Origin: Chiloscyllium plagiosum
Taxonomy: Eukaryota
Direction of reading: 5' to 3'
Assembly: GCF_004010195.1 (NCBI RefSeq)
Contig: NW_025215347.1
Coordinates: 45,174 to 96,952 of the forward strand
Length of the DNA: 51,779 nucleotides
Shown here: positions 22,595 through 35,052 of the stretch, in pieces
Position numbering within the stretch: position 1 is the first letter of the stretch
Layout of the letters: every line of letters starts with the position of its first letter
The notes under the pieces: model-generated
Databases searched by the model: none
The model's input: only the letters and a program-made list of their open reading frames with translations
Told to the model about the DNA's origin: nothing
Position numbers and translations under genes: made by a program

Positions 22595-22875
22595 GCGGTA
22601 GCTCCAGTCTCTCTCAAAATTGAAGGTTTTGGGCTCAAATTCCAACCCAGGCTGGACTGGAATTCAGAATCCTGGCTAACGCTCCAATGCAAGAGTGCTG
22701 CACAGTCTGCGATTTTATCTCTGATAATCCCACAGTCCTGTCCAGTGGGCCTAAATCTCCCAGCACCGTTTTATAGGGGAGTCAGGGGTTCCCGTCTGTG
22801 TCCTGGTTGCTAATTATCCCCCAACTGATCAGCTTTGCTCTCATGTCCTTGTTATTTTTGGAATCTTGCTGTGTT
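22595..22875 (+). mobile_element. Old DeuSINE-like (SacSINE1/AmnSINE-type) remnant
   Basis: ggctaacgctccaatgc...agtgctgcac...gtgtcctgg...attatccc...atcttgctgtg resembles the Deu domain as I recall it; heavily decayed. Confidence 0.45.
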
Positions 22876-23116
22876 AGGAGAGCTGCCTTTTAAGAACAAG
22901 AAAAGGTTGGAATGATTAAAAATGGCAATCCTCTGGGGCTTGTATGTACATCCAGAAAGTGTTCAGAATAAGTTGGATGAACAGGCAGCGTAAATAAATG
23001 TGTTCCTATTATAGAAACATAGTTATGAGGAAATCAGAACTGGAGTCTTAACATTTAGGGCTATTTGACCTTTTGGAGAGATAGGCGGGATGGAAAAGGT
23101 AGTACTGTTAGTAAGC

Positions 23117-23580
23117 TTTGATTTGAGTTGTATTGTCAAGTGTACCTAGGTACAGTGAAAAGTTTTGTTTTGTTTGCGATACAGACAGATCACACCACAC
23201 AAAATGCATTAGTGTAATAGAACAGAACCAGGGATACAATGCTACAGCTCCAGAGAAGGCATACAAAGAGCAAGATTAACATTAAATTTAAAATTTGAGG
23301 GATCCATTCAGAAGTCTAATAACGGCAGGGGAGAAGCTGTTCTTGCGTCTGTTTGTTCAAGTGTTTAAGCTTTTGTACCTACTGCCCAATAAGAGTTTGG
23401 AAGAGATTATAACTGGGGTGGGAGGGATCTTTGATGTTGGTTGCCTTCCCAAGGCAGGGGGAGGTGTAAATGGAGTCAGTGGATGGAAGGTTGGCTTGCG
23501 TGATGATCTGGGCTGTGTTTACTGCAGTTTCTTATGGTCCTGAACAGAGCTGTTGCAGAACCAAGACGTGACACATCCAG
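23117..23580 (-). mobile_element. Rex1/Babar-like LINE 3' fragment
   Basis: agtctaataacggcaggggagaagctgttcttg...cttttgtacctactgcc and tacagtgaaaagtttt tail; family assignment from recall. Confidence 0.6.
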
Positions 23581-23789
23581 ATGGCAGACGGTGACAACTG
23601 GTGTTCCCGCAAGGCTGAATGTTGGGACCACAGCTTTTCACTTTATACATTAATAATCTAGACGAAGGAACTTGCAGAACCAAGACGTGACACATCCAGA
23701 TGGCAGACGGTGACAACTGGTGTTCCGCAAGGCTGAATGTTGGGACCACAGCTTTTCACTTTATACATTAATAATCTAGACGAAGGAAC
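23553..23789. repeat. Near-exact tandem duplication, ~119-bp period
   Basis: 23553-23671 vs 23672-23789, differing by one C; spans the Rex1/CR1 junction. Confidence 0.9.
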
Positions 23790-25100
23790 TGAGGGCGTTC
23801 TGGCTGGGTTTGCAGACAATACAAAGATAGGTAAAGGGATAGGTAGTATTGAGGAGGCAGGGAGGTTGCAGAAAGATTTGTGCTGGAAAAGCACAGCATC
23901 TGAGGAGCAGAAAAATTGACGTTTTGGGCAAAAGCCCTTCATCAGGAATGAAGGCTGAATGGGGTGGAGAGATAAATGGGAGTGGGGTGGGGGTGGGGCT
24001 GGGGAGAAGGTAGCAAAGGGTACCCCCCCCCATTTATCTCTCCATCCTGGAGGCTNNNNNNNNNNNNNNNNNNNNNNNNNNNNNNNNNNNNNNNNNNNNN
24101 NNNNNNNNNNNNNNNNNNNNNNNNNNNNNNNNNNNNNNNNNNNNNNNNNNNNNNNNNNNNNNNNNNNNNNNNNNNNNNNNNNNNNNNNNNNNNNNNNNNN
24201 NNNNNNNNNNNNNNNNNNNNNNNNNNNNNNNNNNNNNNNNNNNNNNNNNNNNNNNNNNNNNNNNNNNNNNNNNNNNNNNNNNNNNNNNNNNNNNNNNNNN
24301 NNNNNNNNNNNNNNNNNNNNNNNNNNNNNNNNNNNNNNNNNNNNNNCAGCATCTGCAGTCCTCACTTTTGCCTTGCAGAAAGATTTGGACAGGTTAGGTC
24401 AGAAGCCTGAAGTGCAAAGAGACTGGGAGTTCTCGTCCAGCATTCTCTCAAGGTAAACTTGCAAGTTGAGACAGTAGTTAGGAAGGCAAATGCAATGATC
24501 GCATTTATTTTGAGAGGATTTGAATATAAAAGCAGGGATGTACTTCTGACACTTTATAAGGCTGTAGTCAGACCACATTTGGAGTATTGGATGCAGTTTC
24601 GGGCCCCATTTCTCAGGAAGGATGTATTGGACATGGAGCATGTTCAGAGGAGATTCACTGGAATGGTCCCAGGAATGAAGGGCTTAACATATGAGGAATA
24701 TTTGAGGACTCTGGGTTTATGCTCAATGGCATTTAGAAGGATGGGGGGAGGATCTAATTGAAACACAATATACTGAATGGCCTGGACAGAGTAGATGTTG
24801 GGAAGATGTCTCCGTTGGTAGGAGAGTCTAGGACCCGAGGGTATAGCCTTATAGTAAAGAGAATACCTTCTAGAACAGAAATAAAGAGAAATTTCTTTAG
24901 TCAGAGAGGTGAATCTATGGAATTCATTGCCACAGAAGGCGGTGGAAGCCAGGTAATTGAGTGTATTTAAGGTGGAGATAGATAGGTTCTTGAGTACCAA
25001 GGCTTACGGGGAGAAAGTTGGAGAATGGAGCTGAGAAACATATCAGCCATGTTGGAGCAGACTCGATCGGCTGAATTTCTGCTCCTATGTCTTATGGTTT
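23580..25100 (+). mobile_element. CR1 RT-to-3' fragment
   Basis: LGPQLFTLYINNLD...FADNTKIG; LYKAVVRPHLEY; same subfamily as 10420-14140. Confidence 0.9.
23881..24372. mobile_element. Penelope insertion with inverted pLTR ends (centre in gap)
   Basis: 15-bp TSD ttgcagaaagatttg at 23866-23880 and 24373-24387. Confidence 0.85.
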
Positions 25101-26094
25101 TATAACTTATGTAGAATCCTTTTGGGTGGAGGCAAAAAAACAGCAAGGGGGGAAAAAAAGACATTTGTAGAAATGGAGTATAGACTCTTAGACAGTAGCC
25201 ACTCTGTAGGAAATCAACGAACAGAGCATGTTTAAAAAAAATAATAATTATGGGTGACTTTAACCTTTTTGATTGGGCCAAATAAGTTGGAAAGGGTAGC
25301 TATGACAACTAAATCATGGAGTGCGTCAGGGATGGCAGCCTAGGGTAAAATGTCATAGTGCTAACCAGGGAGTAGGCCATCTTGGATCTGGTAATGGGTA
25401 ATGAGGCAGGCTTAATAAATGACCTCCGAATAAAAGGTCTCCTCGGAAGTAGTGATCATAACATGATAGAATTCAATATTCAGTTTGAGTTGGGGAAACT
25501 AGGGTCAAAAACAACTGTGCTTAGCTTAAAGGGAATTATAATGAAATGAGATAGAGTTAACTAAAGTGGACTGGGCAGGTAGATTAGTAGGAATGACAGT
25601 AAGCAAGTAGTAGCAGGTATTTAAGGAGGCAATTCGTGACTCTCAGCAAGAATATATCCCAGTAAGGACAAAGGATTCTAAGAGAGGGTTAAACTAACTA
25701 CTCCTAACCAAGGAAGTTAATTAGAGTATAAAGTTGGGGGGGAAACCTATAAGGAGGCAAATGTTAGTGATGGCCCCAAAAGCTGATAAATCCAGAATCC
25801 AGCAAAAGGAGGAATGAAAATAAACTGCAGAGGCATACTGGTGAGGAATACAGAAACTGTCAACAAGAGCTTCTTTAAATATCTAAAAAAGAAGAGATGT
25901 TCAAAGTGAACATGGGTCACTTTGAAAATAATTTTGGGAATGATGGTTATGGAGAACAAGGAAATGGCAGAGGAGTGAAATAGATATTTTGCATCAGTCT
26001 TTCACAAGTGAACACTCCATCAATACTAAAGAATACAGGGGAGGAACTAAATACCATCATCACTACCACCATCATCATCATTTAAAAGATTTTT

Positions 26095-26672
26095 AAGGGT
26101 GGGATGTCATGTTGAGATTGTACAGGATGTTGGTGAGGCCCCTTCGCGAATAGTGTGTCCAGTTCTGGTTGCCCTGTTGTAGGAAACACATTATTAAACT
26201 GGAGAGAGGTCAGAAGAGATTTACCAGGACTTCGCGGGAATGGAGGTTTTGAGTTATGGGGAGAGGCTGGATAGGCTGGGAACTTTCTCACTGGAGCATA
26301 GGGGATTGAGGGGTGACCTTTTATAGAGGTTTATAAACCCATGAGAGGTATAGATAAGGTGAATGGCACGTGTCTTTTCCCTAGGGTGGGTGATTTCAAG
26401 ACAAGGGAGCATAGTTTTAAGGTGAGAGGAGAAAGATTTTACTAAAAAAGACAAGGGGCAACTTTTCTTTACACAGTGGTTTGTGTGTGGAATTAACTTC
26501 CAGAGGGAGATGTGGATTTGGGTGCAAGTTACAAAGTTTAAAAGACGTTTAGAAAAGTATATTAATAGGAAATGTTTGGAGGGATATAGGTCAAGCGCAG
26601 GCAGGTGGGACTAGTTTAGTTTGCAATTATGGTTGGTTGGACCGAAGGGTCTGTTTCCATGCTGTATGACTC
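26095..26672 (+). mobile_element. CR1 3' fragment
   Basis: LYRMLVRP, VQFW and RLDRLG remnants and tail ctgtttccatgctgtatgactc. Confidence 0.85.
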
Positions 26673-26759
26673 CATCGCTGCCAAACCCACAGCCCTGTAA
26701 GATCTGCTCCTACTATCTCCCTCCCTCTACCCCATAAATCCCCAATTTCCATGACCGGC

Positions 26760-26949
26760 ATGTCATCAGCATTGTGGCTCGTGAGCTGTGGGGTTCCCTT
26801 CCCTAAAACCACTTTGCTTTCTTGTTTTTATTTTAAGGTACTCCCTAAAACCTGCCTCTGACCAGGTTTTTGATTACGTGTCTTAATACCTTGTCTTAAT
26901 TCTGTTTGGTAATGGGCACTGTGCAATGCATTAGGATGTTTTACTACAT
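26760..26949 (+). mobile_element. L2-like 3' end, apparently continuing at 28769-28800
   Basis: tttaaggtactccctaaaacctgcctc...ggatgttttactacat, resuming as gatggatgctatataaatgctagttgt. Confidence 0.55.
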
Positions 26950-27150
26950 AGAACATAGAACATAGAAAAATACAGCGCAGTACAGGCCCTTTGGCCTAGA
27001 CGTTGTGCCGATCCAAGCCCACCTAACCTACACTAGCCCACTATCTTCCATATGCCTATCCAATGCCCGTTTAAATGCCCATAAAGAGGGAGAGTCCACC
27101 ACTGCTACTGGCAGGGCATTCCATGAACTCACGACTCGCTGAGTAAAGAA
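26946..27150 (-). mobile_element. Young CR1 3' end with (catagaa)n tail
   Basis: FFTQRVVSSWNALPVAVVDSPSLWAFKRALDRHM; CpGs retained. Confidence 0.88.
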
Positions 27151-28264
27151 ATGAGACTCATTGCACGGTTTATATGCACACACAAACGAACAAGCAACTA
27201 ACTTAGGTTGTATAGCGACTCCTGCTTCTTTACAGATGCACAATGTTCTTCATCCTTAAACTCCAAGATCTATCCCATTCCCATTGATGCAAATGTTAAG
27301 GACAGATTGAAAGTAATTGGCTGAAGAAATGAGAGTGATATGAGCAAAAATGGTTTCATGCAGCAATTGGTCAGGAGCTGGAATGAGTGGCCTCAGAGTA
27401 GGGCAGAGTGCATTCAATTCAAGCATTCAAGACGAAATGGGATTGGTCTCTGAAAGGACAGTAAGTGAAAGGCTACATGGCAAAAGCTGGGCATGGCAGG
27501 GGGTGAATAGCTCCCCAACACAGACACGTCAGACTAAGTAGCCACCTCCTGTGCTCCAACCATTGTGTGATTCAGTGATAAGTTATATGACTAGTCTTAG
27601 TGGAAATAAAGTGATTTATTTCACACTGTTTCTTCATCATTGGCTACACTCTTCACAAATACTATGACATTTGACTTCTCTCTTTTTCTCTGAAAATGCA
27701 ACATCTATTCTGAAGCACTTCGCAACAGCCTGCACTACTATAGCGAGGAAAATGTTCCATATCTCTATGCTATATGATTAGTCATAATACATCAAATCTA
27801 GAGAGAAATGGCAGTGAGCAGCTATTGCAAGAATTTCTCTTTTGTGCTCAGAATTATCATGTAATTTGTTTAAAATATTGTAGTTGCCTAAAGCATGTTC
27901 ACTCCAGTAGTTGGGGAACTGCAGTATAACAAAATCAAAGAGATTACTGTTCCTGTTAGAGCAGAATAACTTTGTAGAGGTACATGACAACACAATGTAA
28001 TTGCTGCAAACCTATGATTTTGTTTCCAGAATTCACTTAGAACAATTCTCCAACAAAGCTATCTACTACCCATTAATGTTTGCATGTGGCTCATTCTGTT
28101 TATCAAAATTGTACATTTCTAGTGAAATTTACTGCTTTCTTCCTGTCAACAACAAAATTAACCATTGTTAGGAGTCTAAATAGCATTCTTTGTAGTACTT
28201 ACTTTTGAAATGTTAGTTACAGATTATTTAGCAATCACAAGTGGAGGATGGGCTTTTTAAACCT

Positions 28265-28765
28265 TAGAAACCTCCCCCCAAGGATACTGGTGCCCCTCAG
28301 GTTCAGGTGTCGACCATCCTGTTTATAGAGGTCCCACCTTCCCCAGAAAGAACCCCAGTTATCCAGATACCGGAATCCCTCCCTCCTGCACCATCCCTCC
28401 CTCCTGCATTGTTCTCTCTCCCTATTCCTCGACTCTCTATCACGTGGCACCGGTAACAAACCAGAGACAACAACTCTGTTTGTTCTAACTCGGAGCTTCC
28501 AACCTAGCTCCCCGAAAGCCTGCCTAACATCCTCAGCCCTCTTCCTACCTATTTCGTTGGTGCCAATGTGGACCACGACTTCAGGCTGCTCCCCCTCCCC
28601 CTTAAGGACACGGAAAACACGATCAGAGACGTCACATACCCTTGCACCTGGGAGGCAACATACCAAACGTGAGTCTCTCTCGCCCCCACAGAACCCCCTA
28701 TCTGTGCCCCGAACTATCGAGTCCCCAATAACTATTGCTCTGCTCTTCTCCACCCTCTTCTCCAT
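28265..28765 (-). mobile_element. CR1 ORF1 SGNH/GDSL esterase-domain fragment
   Basis: AIVIGDSIVRG...CCLPGA...VVVHIGTN...DGRHLN; an esterase domain is an established feature of CR1 ORF1. Confidence 0.9.
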
Positions 28766-28914
28766 CCATACATGATGGATGCTATATAAATGCTAGTTGT
28801 CAGTAATTCTAGTCTGAGGAAGGTTTCTGTCTGGTAGATGTAATAGTGACGATCACTGGTGTGTGGAATTGAGGCAGGTTGATAGTTCAAACTAGACATT
28901 TCAAAACACTTTTT

Positions 28915-29320
28915 CCTTTTCATAGGATGTGGCTGTCACCGGGTAAGGCCAGCATTTGTTACCCTTGCCTATTTGCTGTTGAACTGAATGCCATGTTAAG
29001 GTTATGTCAGAGGGCAATTAAGAGTCCACTACATTGCTGTGGGTCTGGAGTCACATGCAATCCAGACCAGGTAAGAATGGCAGTTTCCTTCCCTAAACGG
29101 CATTAGTTAACCAGTTGGTTTTTTTCCCAACAATTAGCAGTGGGTTCTTGGTCATCATTTGGACTTTTAGTTCCAAGAATATCTTAAATATCTTAATTTC
29201 AGATTTTTATTGAATTCAAATTCCATCTGTCGTGGTGGGATTCGAACCCAGATCCTCAGACAATTACCTGGATCTCTGGATTATCAGTCCAGTAATTAAT
29301 ACCACAAGGCCATTATCTCC
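28915..29320 (-). mobile_element. Family B SINE
   Basis: Near full length; B box gggttcgaatccc on minus. Confidence 0.8.
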
Positions 29321-29769
29321 TCCTATCTACTCTGTTAAATCCCCGAGGAAACTTTTATGCTGATATAAGGTTACCTCTCGGTCTTCAATACTCTAAGTAC
29401 AGGTCCAAATTACTCAACTCCATAACAAACATTGACAATGATTTCCAGGTTTACTCACAGAATCATAGGATTCTTACAATCCAGAAAAAGACCTTTTTGG
29501 CTTGTTGTGTCTGTGCTGGTCTGTATGCATCTATTTCATCCTAATTCAATTTTCTGGCATTAGTATGCCTTGAAGTTCCGAGGGCTTATCAAAGTACTTC
29601 TGAAATGTCTTGGTGGTTTCTGCCTCTACAGTCCTGACAGGCAGTGAGTTCCAGATACCCCCAGAAGGGAAAAAGTTTTCCCTCATCATCTCCAAACCGC
29701 CTGGTTTATTGCCATCTCGCCTTAAGGTGAGAAGTTTCTCTTCCTTGGCCAACACCATCAGCACAAAAA

Positions 29770-29925
29770 CCGCCCTTTCCCAGCCACTGTCAGTTCTGAA
29801 GAAGGGTCACTGACCCGAAACGTTAACTCTGCTTTCTCCCTCTCCACGGAGGGTGCCAGACCTGCTGAGTTTCTCCAGCACTTCCTGTTGCCGGTTCTGA
29901 TTTCCAGCATCTGCAATTCTGTTTG
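29770..29925 (+). mobile_element. Solo Penelope pLTR
   Basis: Hammerhead followed by gccagacctgctgagtttctccagca...ccagcatctgca. Confidence 0.8.
29792..29828 (+). ncRNA. Minimal type I hammerhead ribozyme, intact core
   Basis: AGUU (stem I) CUGAAGA A GGGUC-ACU-GACCC (stem II) GAAA C GUU^ AACU (stem I). Confidence 0.75.
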
Positions 29926-30184
29926 ACTTTAGGATACCTTTACGGGGAGATTGGTCAGGATTAGCAATGTTTCGGCGAACGGGGGTTGGGGAATTAGTTT
30001 AGTTGCGAGCTATTGAAGAATGTAATTTCCCATTGTTTGGGGTTGATGAGCTGTGCATGTCATGTCTCTATAGACCACAGGCCTAAATGGAATGAGAGAA
30101 GTCCAAGTCTCCATTTACTGCTCATTTGATGATGTTACCTCGTGACCTGAGGGGAGGAGTGTTGGAATGAATTGCACTGAATTT

Positions 30185-30500
30185 TTAAAAATTCATTCAT
30201 GGGATGAGAGTAGCGCTGGCTGGGCCAGCATTCATTGCCCATTTCTAATTGCTCAGAGGGCAGTTAAGATTCAAACACATTGCTGAGGGTTTGGAGTCAC
30301 ATGTGAGCCAAACCAGGTAAGAATGGCAGTTTAAGTGAACCACATGGGTTTTTCCAATAATTGACTCATAGTTATCATTAGACTCTTATTTCCAGATTTA
30401 AAGGAGTTTAAATTACGCCATCTGCCACAGCAGGATTTGAACTCAGGTCCTCAGGTCTCTGGCTTGATAGTCTAGTGATAATACCATTAGGTCATCACCC
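30185..30500 (-). mobile_element. Family B SINE
   Basis: ttcattcatgggatg tail and ggagtcacatgt core. Confidence 0.78.
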
Positions 30501-30536
30501 TGAATAGCTTCTGATTTGATTTAATGTTGACACACA

Positions 30537-31045
30537 GAGTCATAGAGATGTGCAAGCACAGAAACAGACCCTTAAGTCAAACTTGGCCCTACCAACCAGA
30601 TACCCTAAATAAATGTAGTCCGATTTGCCAGCATTTGGTCTATATTCCTCTACACCCTTCCAATTCATGTACCCATCCAGATGCCTTTTAAATGTTGTAA
30701 TTGTATCAGCCTCCACCACTTCCTCTGGTAGCTCATTCCATAGACACACCACCTTTGTGTGAAAAGTCCCTTTCACATCTTCTCCCCCCTTAAAACTATG
30801 CCCTCTAGTGTTGGACTCCCCGACTCCAGGGAAAAGACTTTGTCTATTTATCCTATCCATGCCCCTCATGATTTTATAAACCTCTATAAGGTCACCCCTC
30901 AGCCTCCAACGCTCCAGAGGAACGTCGTCCCAGCCTACTCAGCCTCTCCCTCCAGCTCAAACCCTCCAACACTGGCAACATCCTTATAAATGAACCCTTT
31001 CAAGTTTCACAACATCTTTCCTAAAGCAGGGAGACCAGAGTTCAA
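30537..31045 (-). mobile_element. CR1 3' fragment
   Basis: MRGMDRINRQSLFPGVGESNTRGH...WNELPEEVVEA. Confidence 0.88.
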
Positions 31046-31317
31046 CTTTGGTTATTTTGCACTGTCCATATGCAGAGAGGACATTTTCCCTGGCATTACT
31101 CACCGCTCCTGGGTTGCCCCTTCACCCCATGCTGATGACCTTTCTTGACGAGTGGAAATCTGGGATCTGAAGGAAAGGGTCAGGACCATATCTGACTCAT
31201 ACCATGAGGGCTGGGAGGAGTTGATGCTGAGCTATCTGCGGAGGTGGAAAGTGTCAGCTGTCCCCATACAACCGGTTAATTGTTGTCTCATGCTGGCCTG
31301 TGCTGGGACGACCATTA

Positions 31318-31641
31318 TTAGATTAGATTAGATTACTTAGATTCCTTACAGTGTGGAAACAGGCCCTTCAGCCCAACAAGTCCACACCGCCCCGCCGAAG
31401 CGCAACCCACCCATACCCTACATTTACCCCTTACCTAACACTACGGGCAATTTAGCATGGCCAATAAACCTGACCTGCACATCTTTGGACTGTGGGAGGA
31501 AACCGGAGCACCCGGAGGAAACCCACGCAGACACGGGGAGAATGTGCAAACTCCACACAGTCAGTAGCCTGAGGCGGGAATTGAACCCGGGTCTCTAGTG
31601 CTGTGAGGCAGCAGTGCTAACTGCTGTGCCACCGTGCCGCC
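31318..31641 (-). mobile_element. Full-length young HE1/V-SINE
   Basis: tRNA head with A/B boxes, CpGs intact, (tctaa)n tail. Confidence 0.93.
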
Positions 31642-31649
31642 TTAACAAA

Positions 31650-32860
31650 ATATATGAATGACCTTAGATGAGGGAAGTGAATGTACTGAAGTCAAGTTTG
31701 TGGATGATATAAAACTGGGTGGGAAGGCCGGTGGTGAGGCTGACACAAAATGTCTACAGAGGGATATAGATGAGTTAAGTAAGTGGCAAGTGAATTGTCA
31801 TGTGGGAAAAGGTTTTGCACTTTGGCAGGAAGAATAAAAGAGCTGAATGTTATTTAAATTCGGAAAGACTGTTATACAGAAGAATTGAGCAGTTCTCAGA
31901 TAAATTACAAACAAACTAGCTTCCAAAATCAGCAAGTAATAAGGGGAGGGAATGTATTGTTGGTCTTTAATTCGAAGGGAATGGTGGATCAAGAGTGGGG
32001 AGGTTTTGCTAAAACTGTACCAGGCACAAATCAGACCCATTTGGAATGCTGTGAACAGTTTTGGGTCCCTTCATCTAAGGAGAAAGAAACTGGCATCCGA
32101 GGCAGTCCAGAGAAGGTTCGGTGGCACAGTGGTTAGCACTGCTGCTGCACAGCGCCAGAGACCTGGGTTCAATTCCCGCCTCAGGCGACTGACTGTGTGG
32201 AGTTTGCACGTTCTCCCCGTGTCTGCGTGGGTTTCCTCCGGGTGCTCTGGTTTCCTCCCACCATCCAAAGATGTGCAGGGTCAGGTGAATTGGCCATGCT
32301 AAATTGCCCGTAGTGTAAGGTAAGGGGTAAATGTAGGGGTATGGGTGGGTTTCGCTTCGGCGGGTCGGTGTGGACTTGTTGGGCCGAAGGGCCTGTTTCC
32401 ACACTGTAATCTAATCTAAATCTAATCTAATCTAAATTTGGCTGATACCAAGTATGGAGGGATAGGCTTCTGAGAGGTTGAGTAGATTGGGCATGTACCA
32501 ATCAGAGTTCTGAAAAATGAGAGACCACCTTATTGAAACATACAAGATTCTTAGATAATTTGACTTTGTCAATGCGGAAAAATAATTTCCCTTTGCAGAA
32601 GGGACCACAATCTTGGAGTAAGGGATCGGACATTTACGAGAGATGTGGAGTAGTGGATCCCCTTACTACAAAGTGCCATGTACGTCATTCAGTATATTCC
32701 GGCCTGAGGTAAACAGATCAGGGAGGGAATCAAGAATTACGGAGAAAAGGCAGGAAAGTGGAGTTGAGGATTATTAGATCAGCCATGATCACATTGAATT
32801 CGTGGAGAAGACTTGATGGGCTGAATGGCCGCCTTCTGCTCTATATCATATGTCCTTATG
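31650..32860 (+). mobile_element. Decayed CR1 fragment interrupted by HE1
   Basis: IYMNDLDEG...KFVDDIKLGG; 3' tail at ~32810-32860. Confidence 0.78.
32119..32435 (+). mobile_element. Young HE1/V-SINE
   Basis: ggtggcacagtggttagcact...gggttcaattcc...(tctaa)n. Confidence 0.93.
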
Positions 32861-33574
32861 GACCCATGGCGAGAGGGTTGTGGATGGGGAGGTAGAGACT
32901 CCACCTCTGTCACTGTTGAGAAAGGGAATTTGTCGGGAGGCATAGGGGTACTGTCACAGCCAGGAACCCAGAACCCGAGGATTATGTACTGGAGAAATGG
33001 GTTCAAATCCCACCCCAGGAGATGATTAAACATCTGGGAAATAACAGGCCCAATGTTGACCACTGCTGGGGAAAAAAAAACATCTGGTTAACTAATTCCC
33101 TTTAGGGATTCGTGTGTCTGTGTCTGCGTCAGTGTGAAAGAGTTTGAATGTGAGAGACTTAATTGGAAAACCTCCATAAATAAACATGTTTCAAACTGCA
33201 TTGACCTGTACAGACAGCGTCGGTTGCTCATGTTTGAGCACAGAATATATTACTCGGCATAAAGAGACTGTCTCCCAGGCTGTCTAACTGATACAATCTG
33301 CGTCTCACTCAGAATGTGGTGATCGATATGAAACCTCTGCTCGGTTTGTATGTCCGAGTGAGTAATCCCTCTCTGTCTGATTGGTATTAGCTGTCCCTCC
33401 CTCCCTCCTTTCCCTGTGTTTTGACCCTGCCTCCAGCCTTGACCCTTGTGTTTCTTTTTCGGCTTCTCCAGCTCTGCCTGCGACTTGTGGCAGTGGGTTC
33501 CCCTCCTGGCCGTGGCCTGTTACATCTGGTATGAAAGGGTACATTGAACTCCATTCATTTGACACAGCCACACA

Positions 33575-34285
33575 GTCATACGTGGTTGCGCCACTCTTCC
33601 TACAAACTCCCCTGAACCCCAAGGTAACTTCCTGTGCAACTGGAAAAGATACAAAACCTGCCAGTACACCATCCCCATCACTTTCATCCAGGGCCCCAAA
33701 CAGTCCTTCCAGGTGAGACAGAGGTTCACCTGCCTCTCCTCCAACCTAGTTTACTGCATCAGGTGCTCCTGATGTGGTCTTCTCTACATCGGGGAGACCA
33801 AACATAAACTTAGGGAGCGGCTTGCCGAACCTCTCAGCTTAACCCGCAGGGGCTGACCGGACCTCCCAGTCACTGCCTATTTTAATTCCCCTTCCCAGTC
33901 CCTTTTCGACACGACCATCCTTGGTCTCCTCCATTGTCATAACGAACCAAACCACAAATTGGAGGAACAACATCTCGTCTTCCACCTGGAAAGCCTACAG
34001 CCCGGAGGACTCAACATTGAGTTCCCTAGTTTCAAATAACCTCTATTCCCAACCCCTGACTCCCTTCCCAGCCCCTCCCTCTCCCAACCACCTACCGGAT
34101 TCATTCCTCATTGACCGACCAGGTCGTACCCTCTACCTGTCTTCACCTAACCCCACTTTATCACCCTGCCCCCACCTCCCCCTACACCCACACCCAGTCC
34201 TGAAGAGTGGTTGCATCTGAAAAGTCGACTTCTCTACCTCCTGATGCTGTCTGGCTTGCAATATTCTTCCAGCCACCAGCCTGTC
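33575..34285 (+). mobile_element. Penelope 3' fragment (GIY-YIG + pLTR)
   Basis: FQVRQRFTCLSSNLVYCIRCS*CGLLYIGETK; pLTR with agtc-ctgaaga...gaaaagtc-gact at 34196-34230. Confidence 0.88.
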
Positions 34286-34289
34286 AACA

Positions 34290-34725
34290 CAGTCATACAG
34301 CACGAAACAGACCCTTCAGTTCAATTCGTCCAGGCCAACCAGATATCCTAAATTAATCTAGTCCCATTTGCCAGCATTTGGCCCATATCCTCCTAAACCC
34401 TTCCTTTTCATATACCTGTCCAGGTGCCTTTCAAATGTTGTAATTGTACCAGCCTCCTCTGGCAGCTCATTCCATACACACGTCACTCTATGCATGAAAA
34501 GGTCATTTTAAAAATTTTTCTCCTCTCACCTTAAACCTATGACCTCTAGTTTTGGACTCCCCTATCCTGGAGAAAACACCTCCTGTGTTCACCCTATCCA
34601 TGCCCCTCATGATTTTATAAACCTCTACAAGGCCATCCCTCAGCTTCCGATACTCCGGGGGGGGAAAAAGCCCCAGCTTAAACCCTCCGATCCCAGTAAC
34701 ATCCTTGTAAATCTTTTCTGCACTC
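34290..34725 (-). mobile_element. CR1 3' fragment
   Basis: LVEVYKIMRGMDRV...GESKTRGHRFKVRG. Confidence 0.85.
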
Positions 34726-35052
34726 AATTCTTCTTTCTTGTTTCTCTCTCTCTGTCTCTGGAAGCTGCGTCCATATGCATCAGCCTGTCTCACTATCTTT
34801 CACATTCCTTGCCTGTGTCTCTTTCCCACTCCCACTCCCTGGCTCAAGCTTTCACAGTTTTGCTTCTCCTGAACTTCAACACTGCACTAGGTGTGATTTT
34901 GATTTGGTCAAGTTTTTGGAGTGTGGTTTGCCCCCGTGACCCTCTGTCTGAGAGGCGAGTGCACCACCCATTGACCCACGGTTAACGATCTTAAAGGGTG
35001 GTGGAGTGCTAGTGTCTGTGCCTCTGAACTGGAAGATCTGAGTTTAAACCCA

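Larger units (their letters stand above)
22890..26070 (+). mobile_element. Old CR1 ORF2 (APE region) split by nested Rex1, CR1 and Penelope inserts at 23117-25100
   Basis: APE start at 22930-23110; resumes ~25130 with IIMGDFN, ILDLVM, LGSSDHNMIEF. Confidence 0.75.

Noticed and set aside
27572..27640. Minus-strand ATGATGA...CTGA, 69 nt, resembling a C/D snoRNA
   Set aside because: No terminal stem, no clear C'/D' boxes and no recognisable rRNA/snRNA antisense element; snoScan or Rfam would settle it.
28235..28765. SGNH esterase ORF as a cellular or horizontally acquired enzyme
   Set aside because: Matches the CR1 ORF1 esterase domain; truncated and carries an internal duplication (CRREGW CRREG).
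31560..31641. tRNA-like sequences at SINE heads as tRNA genes
   Set aside because: A/B boxes are continuous with SINE bodies; no complete cloverleaf.
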